DNA from: a virus
Lineage: Duplodnaviria > Caudoviricetes
Strand: one strand, 5' to 3'
Virus record (IMG/VR): IMGVR_UViG_3300043009_000039
Location: 1 to 64,000 of that record
Length of the DNA stretch: 64,000 bases
Shown in pieces: positions 1 through 10,078 of this stretch; the stretch's first letter is position 1; every line of letters begins with the position of its first letter. The position numbers and the translations under genes were made by a program. The notes beneath the pieces are model-generated. The model ran no database searches and was not told where the DNA came from. It worked only from the letters and a program-made list of their open reading frames with translations.

Positions 1-75
1 ATCCACTCCCTTTCTTTCTATTTCTTCTTTGAGCTGTTGTTTCTTGTCTATCAGCTCGTTTATAATCTCTTTCAT
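1..75 (-). CDS. 5' fragment of a tail-tip/adhesin-like protein, runs off the window (MKEIINELIDKKQQLKEEIERKGVD...)
   Basis: ATG at 75 overlaps the TGA of the preceding gene (ATGA); N-terminus resembles the ...ALKAKGA.. start of the adjacent LRR protein. Confidence 0.65.
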   Translation of the reverse strand, partial: MKEIINELIDKKQQLKEEIERKGVD

Positions 76-953
76 GCTATTGTAAACCCTTTCGCTGTTA
101 TAGCTGCTTTTTCTTCGTCGGTGAGGACGTTTTTAGTTGCTGTGGATAATGTAATTGTAAGCGCATCATATCCAGCCGCGGCTCTGTCAAAGCTGTAAGT
201 AATGAGCGAATCTATTAAAGACTGACGAGCTTCGTCGGAACCAGTGCCCCAAGGAACGGGCTGCGAATTGCTTCCAACAATTGCATTGCAAACTAAATCA
301 GGATATTCTCCAAATCCATTAAGCCACAAAGTCGTAAGCTGCGTACATCGCCAAGCTAACGCTTCCATATTTGATACTTTTGAAAGACTTATACTCCTTA
401 AATCCAAAGACTTTAAAGCGAATGTATCTGAGGCGAAAAGTCTTAGACTTGTAATATTTGTGGCATTGTTGCCAATAATAGAGATAGTTTCAATGCTTTT
501 AGCCATGTAAAAAGCCTGCTCCAACGACCCTATGTTGCTCCCAATATGCAATGTAGCTGCTTTAAGGTTTTTGCAATTATAAGCATAACGAATTAAGCTG
601 GACGCCTTGCTTAAATCTACATTTGGCGCATATACAAGTTTTGTATCTTCCGAAAACATAAACCCAGAATTTGTAATTCCGTCTTTACTCTTTTTAAGCC
701 CCAAACTATACTCCACATCCTCCTTAACCGTCGTCATGTCAATCTTCAAGTCTTTATAAATAGCCTCATCTTCCGAGGTATAGCCTAATTGGGCAAGTGG
801 GGACTTAAAGCTGTCCCAGACTGGAAGTCTGCTTGTTTTGTCAGCTAAATAAGACAAGGAAGCACCGTCAATAGATGCTCCCTTAGCTTTGAGCGCTGAC
901 TTGACGCTCACAACTGAGTCTGTAAGCGTTTTCAGTTTCTCGTATATTGCCAT
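72..953 (-). CDS. BspA/LRR-like surface (putative receptor-binding) protein, 293 aa
   Basis: Repeated xLxxLxL..F.xC..L motifs (YAYNCKNLKA, FYMAKSIETI, AWRCTQLTTLWL); lies in the tail-tip cluster. Confidence 0.65.
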   Translation of the reverse strand: MAIYEKLKTLTDSVVSVKSALKAKGASIDGASLSYLADKTSRLPVWDSFKSPLAQLGYTSEDEAIYKDLKIDMTTVKEDVEYSLGLKKSKDGITNSGFMFSEDTKLVYAPNVDLSKASSLIRYAYNCKNLKAATLHIGSNIGSLEQAFYMAKSIETISIIGNNATNITSLRLFASDTFALKSLDLRSISLSKVSNMEALAWRCTQLTTLWLNGFGEYPDLVCNAIVGSNSQPVPWGTGSDEARQSLIDSLITYSFDRAAAGYDALTITLSTATKNVLTDEEKAAITAKGFTIA

Positions 954-956
954 GTC

Positions 957-1799
957 TTATGCGTTGAGTTTATCTAATAAAGCCTCTATTTCGTCCAGAG
1001 AGCCACCAATTTGGTCTACATAATTCTTTGCCGCATCGGCTTGCTCTTTGGCTTCGTTCGCGATTGTGGTCGCCTCAGTTGCCGCAGAATTAGCCGCGGA
1101 AGCCGCGGAGTTTGCGTTGCTTACAGCGGTCTCGGTCGCGGTCTCGCGTTCTTTCTCGGCGTTTTGGCGAGCCGTTTCCGCTTCGACTCTTTCGTTTTCA
1201 GCGGAAACGCGCTTGGTTTCAGCTTCGACGCGGGAGTTTTCTGCCGACGCACGTTCTTCTTCCGCTTGTTTTACCTCATTCTCCAAATCGTCGAAGTCTT
1301 TAAGAGCCGCGTTAAGCGTAGGCTCGAACTTCGCGTAGAGATTGTCCGTCAGGTTCTGTTTGTCCTCGTCCGTGAGTGAAGAATAGAGCAGGTCGTCGCC
1401 TTTATCCCCTTTATCACCTTTGATAAACGGCAGGGTCTTTTCAATCTCTGCCGCCATAGGAGTGTCACCCAAGCCCGTGACGAGCTGAATCTCCAAGCCG
1501 AAAGGATAAACGGTCGCTTGTTTTCCGTCGGGGTAGATTTTATTCTCGGGGTCGAGCGTGACTTTCGCTTTAAGCGTGCCCGCTGAAAGTCGGTGATTAT
1601 CCATGACGATATGAAGTCGTCCCTCGTCGTCGAAGCAGTTTGTAAACACGTCGTCAACTCGTGAAGCGACGTAACAGCTTAGCCCTGTGGTCGTGAACAC
1701 AATCGTGAAATCACACGTCGGCACGCCAATGTCAACCCCCCGCGAGTCGACAAGCGAGAGGTAGAAGTCGAAGTCTGATTTGTAGTTTACTGTTGTCAT
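957..1799 (-). CDS. Baseplate/tail-fibre attachment protein (BppU-like N-domain, GDK triplets, coiled-coil stalk)
   Basis: N-terminal beta-rich domain, GDKGDKGD and AE..R heptad repeats; position in tail cluster. Confidence 0.55.
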   Translation of the reverse strand: MTTVNYKSDFDFYLSLVDSRGVDIGVPTCDFTIVFTTTGLSCYVASRVDDVFTNCFDDEGRLHIVMDNHRLSAGTLKAKVTLDPENKIYPDGKQATVYPFGLEIQLVTGLGDTPMAAEIEKTLPFIKGDKGDKGDDLLYSSLTDEDKQNLTDNLYAKFEPTLNAALKDFDDLENEVKQAEEERASAENSRVEAETKRVSAENERVEAETARQNAEKERETATETAVSNANSAASAANSAATEATTIANEAKEQADAAKNYVDQIGGSLDEIEALLDKLNA

Positions 1800-2227
1800 G
1801 CTAAAATATCTTGAAGTAAAATAATCGTTTTGACGTCGTAGTCATTCGAAGCGACAAACTTTTCAAACGCCTCCTCGCCGAGCCGCTTGTATTCCGGCTT
1901 GACCTCGCGAGAAAGTTCTTCGGACAAACACTTTTCGACACGCGAGCGATATTCTGTAAGGCGTCTGTTAACCTCTTCGCGTTCTTCAAGCGTCAGGCTT
2001 GTATTTTCGCCCTCTTTATACCACTGACGATACTTGGCTATAATCTCTTCGTGCCCGTCCTCTTTGAGTCGTTCCTCCGCGTCGCGTCTGAACTCGTCGA
2101 AATCCAATGCGATAGGTTTGATAGCCCGAGTCGCTTTGATAACCAAGAACTTGTCCTCGTCGTTCATCTTTGTGAGCTTTGCCGAGGCGATAACCTCGTA
2201 AGCCGCTTTAATGTCCGCCACTCTCAT
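1796..2227 (-). CDS. Hypothetical protein, tail-fibre cluster (possible assembly chaperone)
   Basis: 143-aa ORF, translationally coupled (ATGA) to the downstream gene. Confidence 0.6.
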   Translation of the reverse strand: MRVADIKAAYEVIASAKLTKMNDEDKFLVIKATRAIKPIALDFDEFRRDAEERLKEDGHEEIIAKYRQWYKEGENTSLTLEEREEVNRRLTEYRSRVEKCLSEELSREVKPEYKRLGEEAFEKFVASNDYDVKTIILLQDILA

Positions 2228-2230
2228 GTT

Positions 2231-2548
2231 TTACTCCTCCTTGTTTTCAACGTTCACGCTGATGCCGCCCGCTTGTTCTCTAACTGCGGCTACAAACTCT
2301 TTGACCGCTTCGAGAATGCCCGAAAAGTCCTCCGTGGCGGCTCCGTCAAAAGCGAGAGAGAGTTGTTCGTTTCGGTAAGTCGAGAAAGTCGCGAGGCGTT
2401 TGCCGTCCGAAGAAACCGAACCGCCGTCGATGTTGCCAACCGCACCGTCCTGCTGTTTTACCGCTACGTAAGCCGAGAGTGAATATTTGTCCGTTTCGCT
2501 TGTCACGTTTACCGTGGCGTTGCGCACTGAATTAAATGTAATGTTCAT
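2231..2548 (-). CDS. Hypothetical protein, tail-fibre cluster
   Basis: 105-aa ORF tightly packed in the operon. Confidence 0.6.
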   Translation of the reverse strand: MNITFNSVRNATVNVTSETDKYSLSAYVAVKQQDGAVGNIDGGSVSSDGKRLATFSTYRNEQLSLAFDGAATEDFSGILEAVKEFVAAVREQAGGISVNVENKEE

Positions 2549-2565
2549 ATGCTTCTGTTTTAAAG

Positions 2566-3801
2566 TTACATTTCAGTCCATCCGTCCGAGCCGACGTGAT
2601 AATTCAATTCACCGTCAAACAGCACGGTGCCTTGTCTGAAAACGGCAACTTCCACGGTGGTATTCACACTTGTTTCGTTGACCGTCGAGAATAAGTTCTC
2701 GAAGTACAAATATACATTAACCGTGCTGTTATTTGCTATAATTATCGAATTTTCGCTCGTCAGACCGTTAGGTTTGTTTGTGGATATAAGGCTTGAATAT
2801 CTCGTGACGGTGTTAACGCCGTCAAAGTATTGTGCCGCCGAGAAGTCGCTTGCGCTGAAAGTTCTGTCCTCGCCGCTTGTGTTTGTAAGACTCAGGCGGA
2901 CGAGCAAATCTTTCGTTGTGTTGCTCATTGCCGACGTGCCGCCGTACTCGTTGATGCAATACTGCGCCTCCTTATATTCGCTCTCGAAGTCGGGGGCAAA
3001 TGCCACGCCGCTCGCGGCGTCTTCCACACCGCCGCCGCCGCTTACAGCGTCGGACTTGACGACAAGTGTCATCGACGACGGGTTGTAACTGCTTTCAGCG
3101 GTTCTCGGGAAAGGTATATATTGCCACTTATCATCTTCCTTGTATGCAAGGCACATACAAATCGTATGGGTTGCGGCTGAAAGCGTGCTGACGTCAATAG
3201 ACAATTGAGAACCGTAAAACTCTCCGCTGTCCTCGTCGAGAATCGGGTTCTTCCCAATATAGGTCTTATTGCCGTCTATTGCCGCCACCGCATAAGTCTT
3301 GCGCAGGTCAAGCTCAGCTGTAAAGTCTGTGGCTTGCAGGTTTGTAGTGCTGTCGGCGGGGTCGCCGTTTATATTAACAACGAGCGTTTTTTGTTTTGCA
3401 TCGGAAATGTTCATCTCCCAACCCTCCGACGGATATACCACCTGCAACGGCGGTACGGCGTAATGGTCGTAACCGTTAAAGTCAAGCAACCTCGCAGGAC
3501 AGCTTTCAAGACCGTTTTCCAAGTAATACCATTTGTTGCCCGCGGCGTCCTCTATCGAGTCAGCGGATAAAGTTGTGCCTCCCGAAATTTTGTCGGGTAT
3601 CGAGATGCCGTGATTTGCCTCTTTGCGCTGTTCGTCCGTCAGCGGCAGAAGCGTATCCACCGCCAACGGCTTATATCGCGCAAAGGGATTTATTTTGCCG
3701 CTCTGACAAAGCGTGCGCAAGTCGTTCGAGGTTTCCCCCAAGCATTTCTTCACGTCGCCAATGCTGACGGGTGCGCCTATAATTCCGCTATCGTAGCTCA
3801 T
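2566..3801 (-). CDS. Tail-fibre-associated structural protein, 411 aa
   Basis: N-terminal APVSIGDVKKCLG...INPFARYKP motif typical of Bacteroidetes phage tail-fibre companion proteins; beta-rich C-terminus. Confidence 0.6.
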   Translation of the reverse strand: MSYDSGIIGAPVSIGDVKKCLGETSNDLRTLCQSGKINPFARYKPLAVDTLLPLTDEQRKEANHGISIPDKISGGTTLSADSIEDAAGNKWYYLENGLESCPARLLDFNGYDHYAVPPLQVVYPSEGWEMNISDAKQKTLVVNINGDPADSTTNLQATDFTAELDLRKTYAVAAIDGNKTYIGKNPILDEDSGEFYGSQLSIDVSTLSAATHTICMCLAYKEDDKWQYIPFPRTAESSYNPSSMTLVVKSDAVSGGGGVEDAASGVAFAPDFESEYKEAQYCINEYGGTSAMSNTTKDLLVRLSLTNTSGEDRTFSASDFSAAQYFDGVNTVTRYSSLISTNKPNGLTSENSIIIANNSTVNVYLYFENLFSTVNETSVNTTVEVAVFRQGTVLFDGELNYHVGSDGWTEM

Positions 3802-3803
3802 AC

Positions 3804-6800
3804 TTACTCTCCTTTCGCTATTACATCTTTACTTGAAACAATCGTCTTGTCGAAACATATCGTGTCGTTGTCCTCGTCGTAGGTTATCGTGCATCCTCCG
3901 AGCCGAATCGACTGCGTTGACGGGACATACAGCCCGGCGTTAAACGTTGCCGAACCGTCGGCGGTAATATCATTCGCCGCAAGCGGGAATATGCATCTCA
4001 CCTCGTCGGCTCGGTCGCCGCCTCCGTCGTCAAACGTTATCTGAAAAGCGTCTGTGCTACTGTAAGAGCTTCTCACATACAGTCCTTCACCGACGACAAA
4101 AACAAGCTCATTTTCGTTACGCTCGCCGTTTATGCTTGACGTGTATAAATCCTGCGCCTCCACCGAGTCAAATTCAACCGCGGCGGATATATCCAAGTTT
4201 TGGTCAATCGAGTCGAGGTAGGACTTGTTATCGTGCGTATGCTTCTTGTCCGCGGCATCAGCCCAATCTATAAAATCGTTGGCGTAGTAGGTTTTCAAGA
4301 CGCCGTTGTTGTAGATGCCGAGCCACTTGTAAATATAAGCACCGCCGATATAAGCGTATTGCCGTTCGAGATACAAATCACCTGAAAGCGACAAGTCACT
4401 CGCAATCTCGGTCAGTCGGGTGTCGCCCTGAATATCGTTATAATACCCGAAGCGAATCCAATAATCGTCCTCACTTGCATCCGTGACACACAGACTGCCC
4501 TTATCGTCGTTGCGGATAATCCATTCAAGCGGACTTATCCTTTCGTCAACCGTAGCCTTGTCGTAGACGTCCGTAATGCCGTAACCCGAAAGGGTCGTCG
4601 GTTTGCCCGTCAGCTCCGAGAAAGCGAGCGAGGACTTTACGGCAAACGACCCGAGTCCGCTTATTTCCGATGCCGTATAGCTTGGCTTTGTCGAAGCCTT
4701 TGCCCAAGCGTAGACGTCCGATGCGGGAAGCGTTGTCGGAATATCGGAAGCAAGCGCGAAGGTGGAGCCTTTCATAACGGTAATCGTAGTGCCTGACTTT
4801 ACGACTGACGTAACCGCATTCCCGTTCCCTGAATTTGCCACGGTCATGCCACCGCCCGATTCGAGTGTCGCAACGCGGGAGTTGAGATTCTGTCCCAATG
4901 CCGCCGACAATACCCAATCCGCTTTCGAGGAATCATACTCGCCCCACGCATCAAGTCGGTTGTAATCCGAACCGCCCGAAGAGTTTGACGAGTCAGCCCC
5001 CATTGCGCTCACGAAGCTGTCCGAATAGAAGCCGTATTTTGCACGTATGGCGTAGATAGGAGTATCTGCTGTACCGATGTTCACCTTTTCGAACAAATCG
5101 TCAAATACGCTCTTTTCAAGCTTTGTATTGATGCTGTCTGTAAGAGCGGTCGTTACGTGCCTTGTGTCATCCGAAATATGCGACGAAAGCGTAGCCGCAG
5201 AAGCGACGTCGTTGATGTCTATCGTACCGTCCTTGCTCGGATTGAACGTCCCGACAAGCGAACCGTTCTTGTTTACGGTCAACGTGTAGAGCGTTTGATG
5301 CGAGGTGAGATAATTCGAGTCGTTTGTCAGCTGGCTTGTTTTCGTCGGTATCTGTGAGGTAAGCGCAAACGTGGCATCCTTGGTCACAGTGACTTTCGTC
5401 CCCGACTTGCTGATTGACGTTACCGCGTTACCGCTTCCCGACGTGGAGAATGTCAGCGCACTGCCTCCTTCGAGGGATTTTACCCGGGTGTTCAAGTCCT
5501 GCCCCAACGCTGCGGAGAGAACCCAATCGGCTTTGGTCGAGTCGTATTCGCCCCAAGAGTCCAATCTACTGTAGTCGGAACCTCCCCCGCTTTCGTTATC
5601 CACTCCGAAGCCCAAAGCGCTGACTCCGCCCGTTGCGTAGAAATTAACGGCATCTCCGTCAAAGCGCGTAGCATAAAGTGCGTTGTTGTCGTTGTCCCAT
5701 TTCAGTATGGCGTTGCCCACTCTCACTTCCGATAAAGGTACACTTGCGGCTTGTCGTGCCGTAACCTCGTCCACTTCAATATAGGTCTGTCCGTTATCAC
5801 GCACCCCGAACATGCCGCCGCTGATACCCTCCAAAAACTCGCCCACCTCAAAGGCTTTATCCGAGGAAAGTTTGTACGGCGTTCTGTCGTTGGAAGTTTT
5901 ATTGAGATAGTCTTTGCTTACCGTGGCTGTCGTGGCAACTTTCGTGGTCACAGTGCTGTCTACCACAGCTTTTACAGCCTTGTCACTCGCCACCATATCA
6001 GCCGCCTGAGCCGCCGCGCTCTTTATAAAGCCCTCGCTGACTCTGAACTTATCTTCAAGCGTAAACTTGATTTCAGGAAGAGATTCATTTGCTTTGCATG
6101 AAACTTCAAAGGTTGTTATAAACAATTCATAAACTATTCCGTTATACACAACCTTAATCTTGGAATTTTCGTCAATTTCAGGCAAGATGTCCTGATTCTT
6201 GGCGAAGAATACACGAGAGCAGGAAATATCGAACGTGAACTGTTCCTCGTTGTTCTCGGCCATGTATTTGATTGCAAGCTCTTCGCCTTTCTTTTCTGCG
6301 GCATAGATATACTCGTTAGGCAGGGCAATGTCGATGATATTGAACTTATCGCCCACCGCTGGTTTGTAATTGTTCGCCTTGTTCGGGATAATCACGCCGA
6401 ACGTGTCAATATCCTTTTGCAAAACGAGCCAAACCGAATTGTTCTCGGTGTCCTGCTGTGAGTCGATAAACTTGCTTTCGCTAATCTTCTGAGATTGCGA
6501 CCCTGCTGCGATGTAACCGTTTTTATCCACCTGCACGGGGTTCTTGAATACCTGCACCCCGTTCTCCGCGGTCTCTACAATCTGCACTTTGAACTTACAG
6601 CCGTTACAAGCGCCGCTAATCATTTGGAGGGTCATTGCCCCCGTCTGAGCCGCCGCCTCAAAGAGATTGAAGCCGTATTCTCCGTCGAACTTCGGGATTC
6701 TCGCGTAAAAGTAAGAATGCTTGTAGTTGGAAACATCGGAGTCGTCGTCTGTATCGTTTTGAGTGTCGTCGTTGTCGTCCGAGTCATAGGCGATGTCGAC

Positions 6801-8531
6801 AAACTGCCCGAGCAACAGCCCCTGCGAATTTTTAACGCCCTCGATGGTAGGCATTACATCCTCGTCTGAGAGAATATACTCATAAGGTTTTCCGTCCTGA
6901 TACTCATTCTTGAACGTATAGTACTCATCGCTGTCCGGCTTCTTATAAGTGTTGTTCTTCGCGTTGTAGAAACGTTGCTTGCCGCCCGTCTGGCGGTAAA
7001 TGCTCGGCATGAGGTTCGACTGAATAACCAGCATGTCCTCATACGTCCAAGAGAGCGTTTCATTCAAGTCTATGTCACCTTCAAGCCCTAAGTCCGCCAA
7101 GCTGTTGTATCGTTTCGTTCCAACTTTGTAAAATGTTTTCTCGTGCTGTGAAACGGTAAGAGTCGGTTCTGCGATTACAGCCTCAGTGGTGTCGTCAACG
7201 ATTTTTTCAAGGTAACTCCCCCCGTAAATGTCGTATGATATATTCGGCCATGCAGTTTCTATATCTATGAAATAAGAGCCTTCTACGAGATTGCCGCAAA
7301 TTATCTTGCCGTCCTCAACCTCGGCCTCCCGAACCAAGTCACCGTTAATGTATTTAACTGAGATTACGGGTGTCGTTGCGTAAGGCTTGTTTCCCGAATT
7401 TATTTGAAGTGCAAGATTGTCGGTTCTTGTATAGCCTCCTTTTCGCCCCGTAAATGTGGCATAAACGCCGTCTACTACAACATAGCAATCTTCTTCTACG
7501 GTAATACCGAATGTGAGTCGAAGGTCGCCGCCGCCCGACCCCATAACGTATGAGTCGCCGAAATTAAGTTTGTAGCCGTTGATGTAGTTGTACGAGCCGC
7601 TTACGCTCGCATCGCCAACCATCTCGGATACCTTTACGATTGAAGCGGTACTGCTCAGACGTTTGTGAAACAGAGCCTCGTCAATGACCTTGATGTTTGA
7701 ATTGGAGAAGTTTATTTCGCCGTATTCCTCTTCGTTCGGGTAATAGTATGGAATATTGTCGGACGAACCGAGAAAGCTTACACGGTTGATTATACGCTCG
7801 TTTGAATTTGTCTTTGTAATGGAGAGCAATTCATTGTTCATACCGTACTTGAACTCGTGGTCAAGCACCTTCGGAGCGTCGCCGAATACAATCTTCTTTC
7901 CTCTGAACTCGAACGGAATCTCCGTGGTTTCATAAGAGGATTCGAGTACGTCCCAAATAAAAGAATCCTCAAAGCTGAACTCAAAGGATTCTTCATAATC
8001 GTAGTCACCGTCCTCTCCCACAACTGCGCAATAACCGTCGCCCGTCGGCTCATCTTCAAGCGTTAGATGCACTTTCTCGTTCAGGATGCTGTCGCCTACG
8101 CCCGCATATTTCAGGGCGCAGTTGAGGCGGTCTGCGAACTCGGAAATCGTACCGTAGAATGTAAAAGTAGTGTTGTTGCTGACGGGCTTGTTCACGTCGA
8201 GCACGCATCCGTCGACAATATCGTAGAAGTAAACGTTCGAGAGAATGTTGCGCTCCGATTCAAGCGTCAGCTCGTGTTTGTACCGTGTGTCGTCGTTTGA
8301 CTTTGAAGATGTCGGGACTTGACGAATGAAGTACTTCTCGCCTCTAAACTCGACATACTCATTGCCCGTCCAATAATCGTCAAGGCACTCTTTATACATC
8401 ACAGTCGCCGTGAGTGTGGGAATACTCATTCTCGTGGCGGAGTACGAGTATTCCCGAATAACGATACCCTTGAAGTCGGTACTGTTATTTTCATCTATAT
8501 ATGTCTTGACGGAAAGTACTTCTTTAACCAT
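3804..8531 (-). CDS. Large tail protein (baseplate hub/Tal-like N-half fused to a tail-fibre C-half), 1575 aa
   Basis: N-terminal prophage-tail-like region (GDYVEFRGEKY..., SITKTNSNERIINR); C-half with a duplicated SDY.RLD.WGEYDS.KADWVLSAALG module. Confidence 0.75.
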   Translation of the reverse strand: MVKEVLSVKTYIDENNSTDFKGIVIREYSYSATRMSIPTLTATVMYKECLDDYWTGNEYVEFRGEKYFIRQVPTSSKSNDDTRYKHELTLESERNILSNVYFYDIVDGCVLDVNKPVSNNTTFTFYGTISEFADRLNCALKYAGVGDSILNEKVHLTLEDEPTGDGYCAVVGEDGDYDYEESFEFSFEDSFIWDVLESSYETTEIPFEFRGKKIVFGDAPKVLDHEFKYGMNNELLSITKTNSNERIINRVSFLGSSDNIPYYYPNEEEYGEINFSNSNIKVIDEALFHKRLSSTASIVKVSEMVGDASVSGSYNYINGYKLNFGDSYVMGSGGGDLRLTFGITVEEDCYVVVDGVYATFTGRKGGYTRTDNLALQINSGNKPYATTPVISVKYINGDLVREAEVEDGKIICGNLVEGSYFIDIETAWPNISYDIYGGSYLEKIVDDTTEAVIAEPTLTVSQHEKTFYKVGTKRYNSLADLGLEGDIDLNETLSWTYEDMLVIQSNLMPSIYRQTGGKQRFYNAKNNTYKKPDSDEYYTFKNEYQDGKPYEYILSDEDVMPTIEGVKNSQGLLLGQFVDIAYDSDDNDDTQNDTDDDSDVSNYKHSYFYARIPKFDGEYGFNLFEAAAQTGAMTLQMISGACNGCKFKVQIVETAENGVQVFKNPVQVDKNGYIAAGSQSQKISESKFIDSQQDTENNSVWLVLQKDIDTFGVIIPNKANNYKPAVGDKFNIIDIALPNEYIYAAEKKGEELAIKYMAENNEEQFTFDISCSRVFFAKNQDILPEIDENSKIKVVYNGIVYELFITTFEVSCKANESLPEIKFTLEDKFRVSEGFIKSAAAQAADMVASDKAVKAVVDSTVTTKVATTATVSKDYLNKTSNDRTPYKLSSDKAFEVGEFLEGISGGMFGVRDNGQTYIEVDEVTARQAASVPLSEVRVGNAILKWDNDNNALYATRFDGDAVNFYATGGVSALGFGVDNESGGGSDYSRLDSWGEYDSTKADWVLSAALGQDLNTRVKSLEGGSALTFSTSGSGNAVTSISKSGTKVTVTKDATFALTSQIPTKTSQLTNDSNYLTSHQTLYTLTVNKNGSLVGTFNPSKDGTIDINDVASAATLSSHISDDTRHVTTALTDSINTKLEKSVFDDLFEKVNIGTADTPIYAIRAKYGFYSDSFVSAMGADSSNSSGGSDYNRLDAWGEYDSSKADWVLSAALGQNLNSRVATLESGGGMTVANSGNGNAVTSVVKSGTTITVMKGSTFALASDIPTTLPASDVYAWAKASTKPSYTASEISGLGSFAVKSSLAFSELTGKPTTLSGYGITDVYDKATVDERISPLEWIIRNDDKGSLCVTDASEDDYWIRFGYYNDIQGDTRLTEIASDLSLSGDLYLERQYAYIGGAYIYKWLGIYNNGVLKTYYANDFIDWADAADKKHTHDNKSYLDSIDQNLDISAAVEFDSVEAQDLYTSSINGERNENELVFVVGEGLYVRSSYSSTDAFQITFDDGGGDRADEVRCIFPLAANDITADGSATFNAGLYVPSTQSIRLGGCTITYDEDNDTICFDKTIVSSKDVIAKGE

Positions 8532-8536
8532 ATGAC

Positions 8537-10078
8537 TTATTCTATTACGTCAATAATCTCTTCGGAATTTGCGCTCGTCGTAGCTTGTGCGGTCTGTTCG
8601 ACAAGCTGTTTCTGCGCCTCTTCCGTTTCGCGTTTGATGCGGGCAAGCTCGTCAGGAGTGCTGAGCGTGTTCTTTTCAACGCCCGTCTGCTTAGACAAGA
8701 TACCTGCGCCCACCATTGTAGCCACCATCTGATTGTGACCTTCTTCGCTCTTCGGCTTCCAGACGGTGAACTTGTTGTTGATGGAAAGTTCCTGAAACTC
8801 AGTAACGGCGTTCTCGAATCCTTTCTCGCCTTTCGAAACAAGTTCCTTGGCAAGGCCCTCCACAAACAGACGCATCATCTTGTTCGATACGTTCTGCCAT
8901 TCGATAACACCGTCCTGCGCGGTGGCCATATCCAACTCCTGCGTAAGCTCCACGGCAAGCCCTGAAGTGTCGCCGCTAATCTTGATGTCTTTCGGGAGAA
9001 TGAACGTCGTGCCCGTCGCTTTCTGAATGGTGTACTCCATAAAGTCAAGGGTATCGGTCATATTGCTTGGAGCGGGAGGATTCAAAATCTTCGCGTCGGC
9101 TTCGGGCGCACCCGAGGTATCGTTCAGGATAACGTTGCCCGCAATACGGCGGGCATTGTCGTTGAACTTGCCCTTAATGTAGATAAGGCCCCACCCGTTG
9201 CGCTTCTGAATGACGATAAACGTGTTGAACAACGCTTCATAACTTTCGATTGTCGGCTGTCCCTTGTCCCATGCCACGGGGCCTCGTTTGGTGATAAGAG
9301 GGTTCTCGCTGAAACCGTGACGGACGGGAGGATAACGCTTCATGGAATACGAGATTGTGCCCGCATTCACGTTGATAATCGGCTCGTTGGTAAAGCGCGT
9401 GATATATTCGTCGTCATAGCAGTCGAGGTATTCAATGTCGTCGTTTTCATAATAGAGGCATTCGAGGATATGTTTCCCGTTGCCGTCCTTATGTGTGATA
9501 ATGACATACCCGTCGGCATAGTTGATGTTTCGGGTGCAAATCTTGTTGTTCCCGTCCATATAAAACAAAAGAGCCGCGTCGCCGTAGGATTTTTGGTCTT
9601 TGACGAACTGCGTCTTTGCGCCCTCCATGTTCTTCTTCAACCATTCCTGCTTTACCTTGACGAAGTTCTTCTGTTGCGCCTCCGTTGGATTCTGATTCTC
9701 CAAGGTCTGTTCCATCATGTTCACACACAGATGCCGAACCTGCTTTTCGAGAATAATCTGCTGAAACGGAATAGCCATGCGGTATTGCTCCATCTCAAGA
9801 TAGCCGCCGCCCGACGCCTTGATGGTGATAGACGGCACATTCTCGTCAAACAGAACCTTGTGGCTGTACACGTCAAGCTCGCGTATATAGTCGTCCTGCG
9901 TGACCACTTCAAGGTTCAGACGCGGCAATCTCGCTTCGACGGTATCCAACATCGTGGTGACACTGTTCTTGCCAAGACCGCCTACTTTTCGGACGCCTCG
10001 GAAGAATGGCTTCTTCTGTTTCAATTTGCCCGGGTCTGCCAATAATGCGTCTATCAATTGTCTTTCTGTCGCATTCAT
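8537..10078 (-). CDS. Portal protein (SPP1 gp6-like), 513 aa
   Basis: Size, helical composition and location downstream of terminase; motifs YGDAALLFY and SGDTSGLAVE resemble SPP1-type portals. Confidence 0.75.
   Translation of the reverse strand: MNATERQLIDALLADPGKLKQKKPFFRGVRKVGGLGKNSVTTMLDTVEARLPRLNLEVVTQDDYIRELDVYSHKVLFDENVPSITIKASGGGYLEMEQYRMAIPFQQIILEKQVRHLCVNMMEQTLENQNPTEAQQKNFVKVKQEWLKKNMEGAKTQFVKDQKSYGDAALLFYMDGNNKICTRNINYADGYVIITHKDGNGKHILECLYYENDDIEYLDCYDDEYITRFTNEPIINVNAGTISYSMKRYPPVRHGFSENPLITKRGPVAWDKGQPTIESYEALFNTFIVIQKRNGWGLIYIKGKFNDNARRIAGNVILNDTSGAPEADAKILNPPAPSNMTDTLDFMEYTIQKATGTTFILPKDIKISGDTSGLAVELTQELDMATAQDGVIEWQNVSNKMMRLFVEGLAKELVSKGEKGFENAVTEFQELSINNKFTVWKPKSEEGHNQMVATMVGAGILSKQTGVEKNTLSTPDELARIKRETEEAQKQLVEQTAQATTSANSEEIIDVIE

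Noticed and set aside
1-8531. Diversity-generating retroelement targeting tail/LRR genes
   Set aside because: No reverse transcriptase ORF and no adenine-mismatched TR/VR pair were seen in the window; one may still exist outside it.
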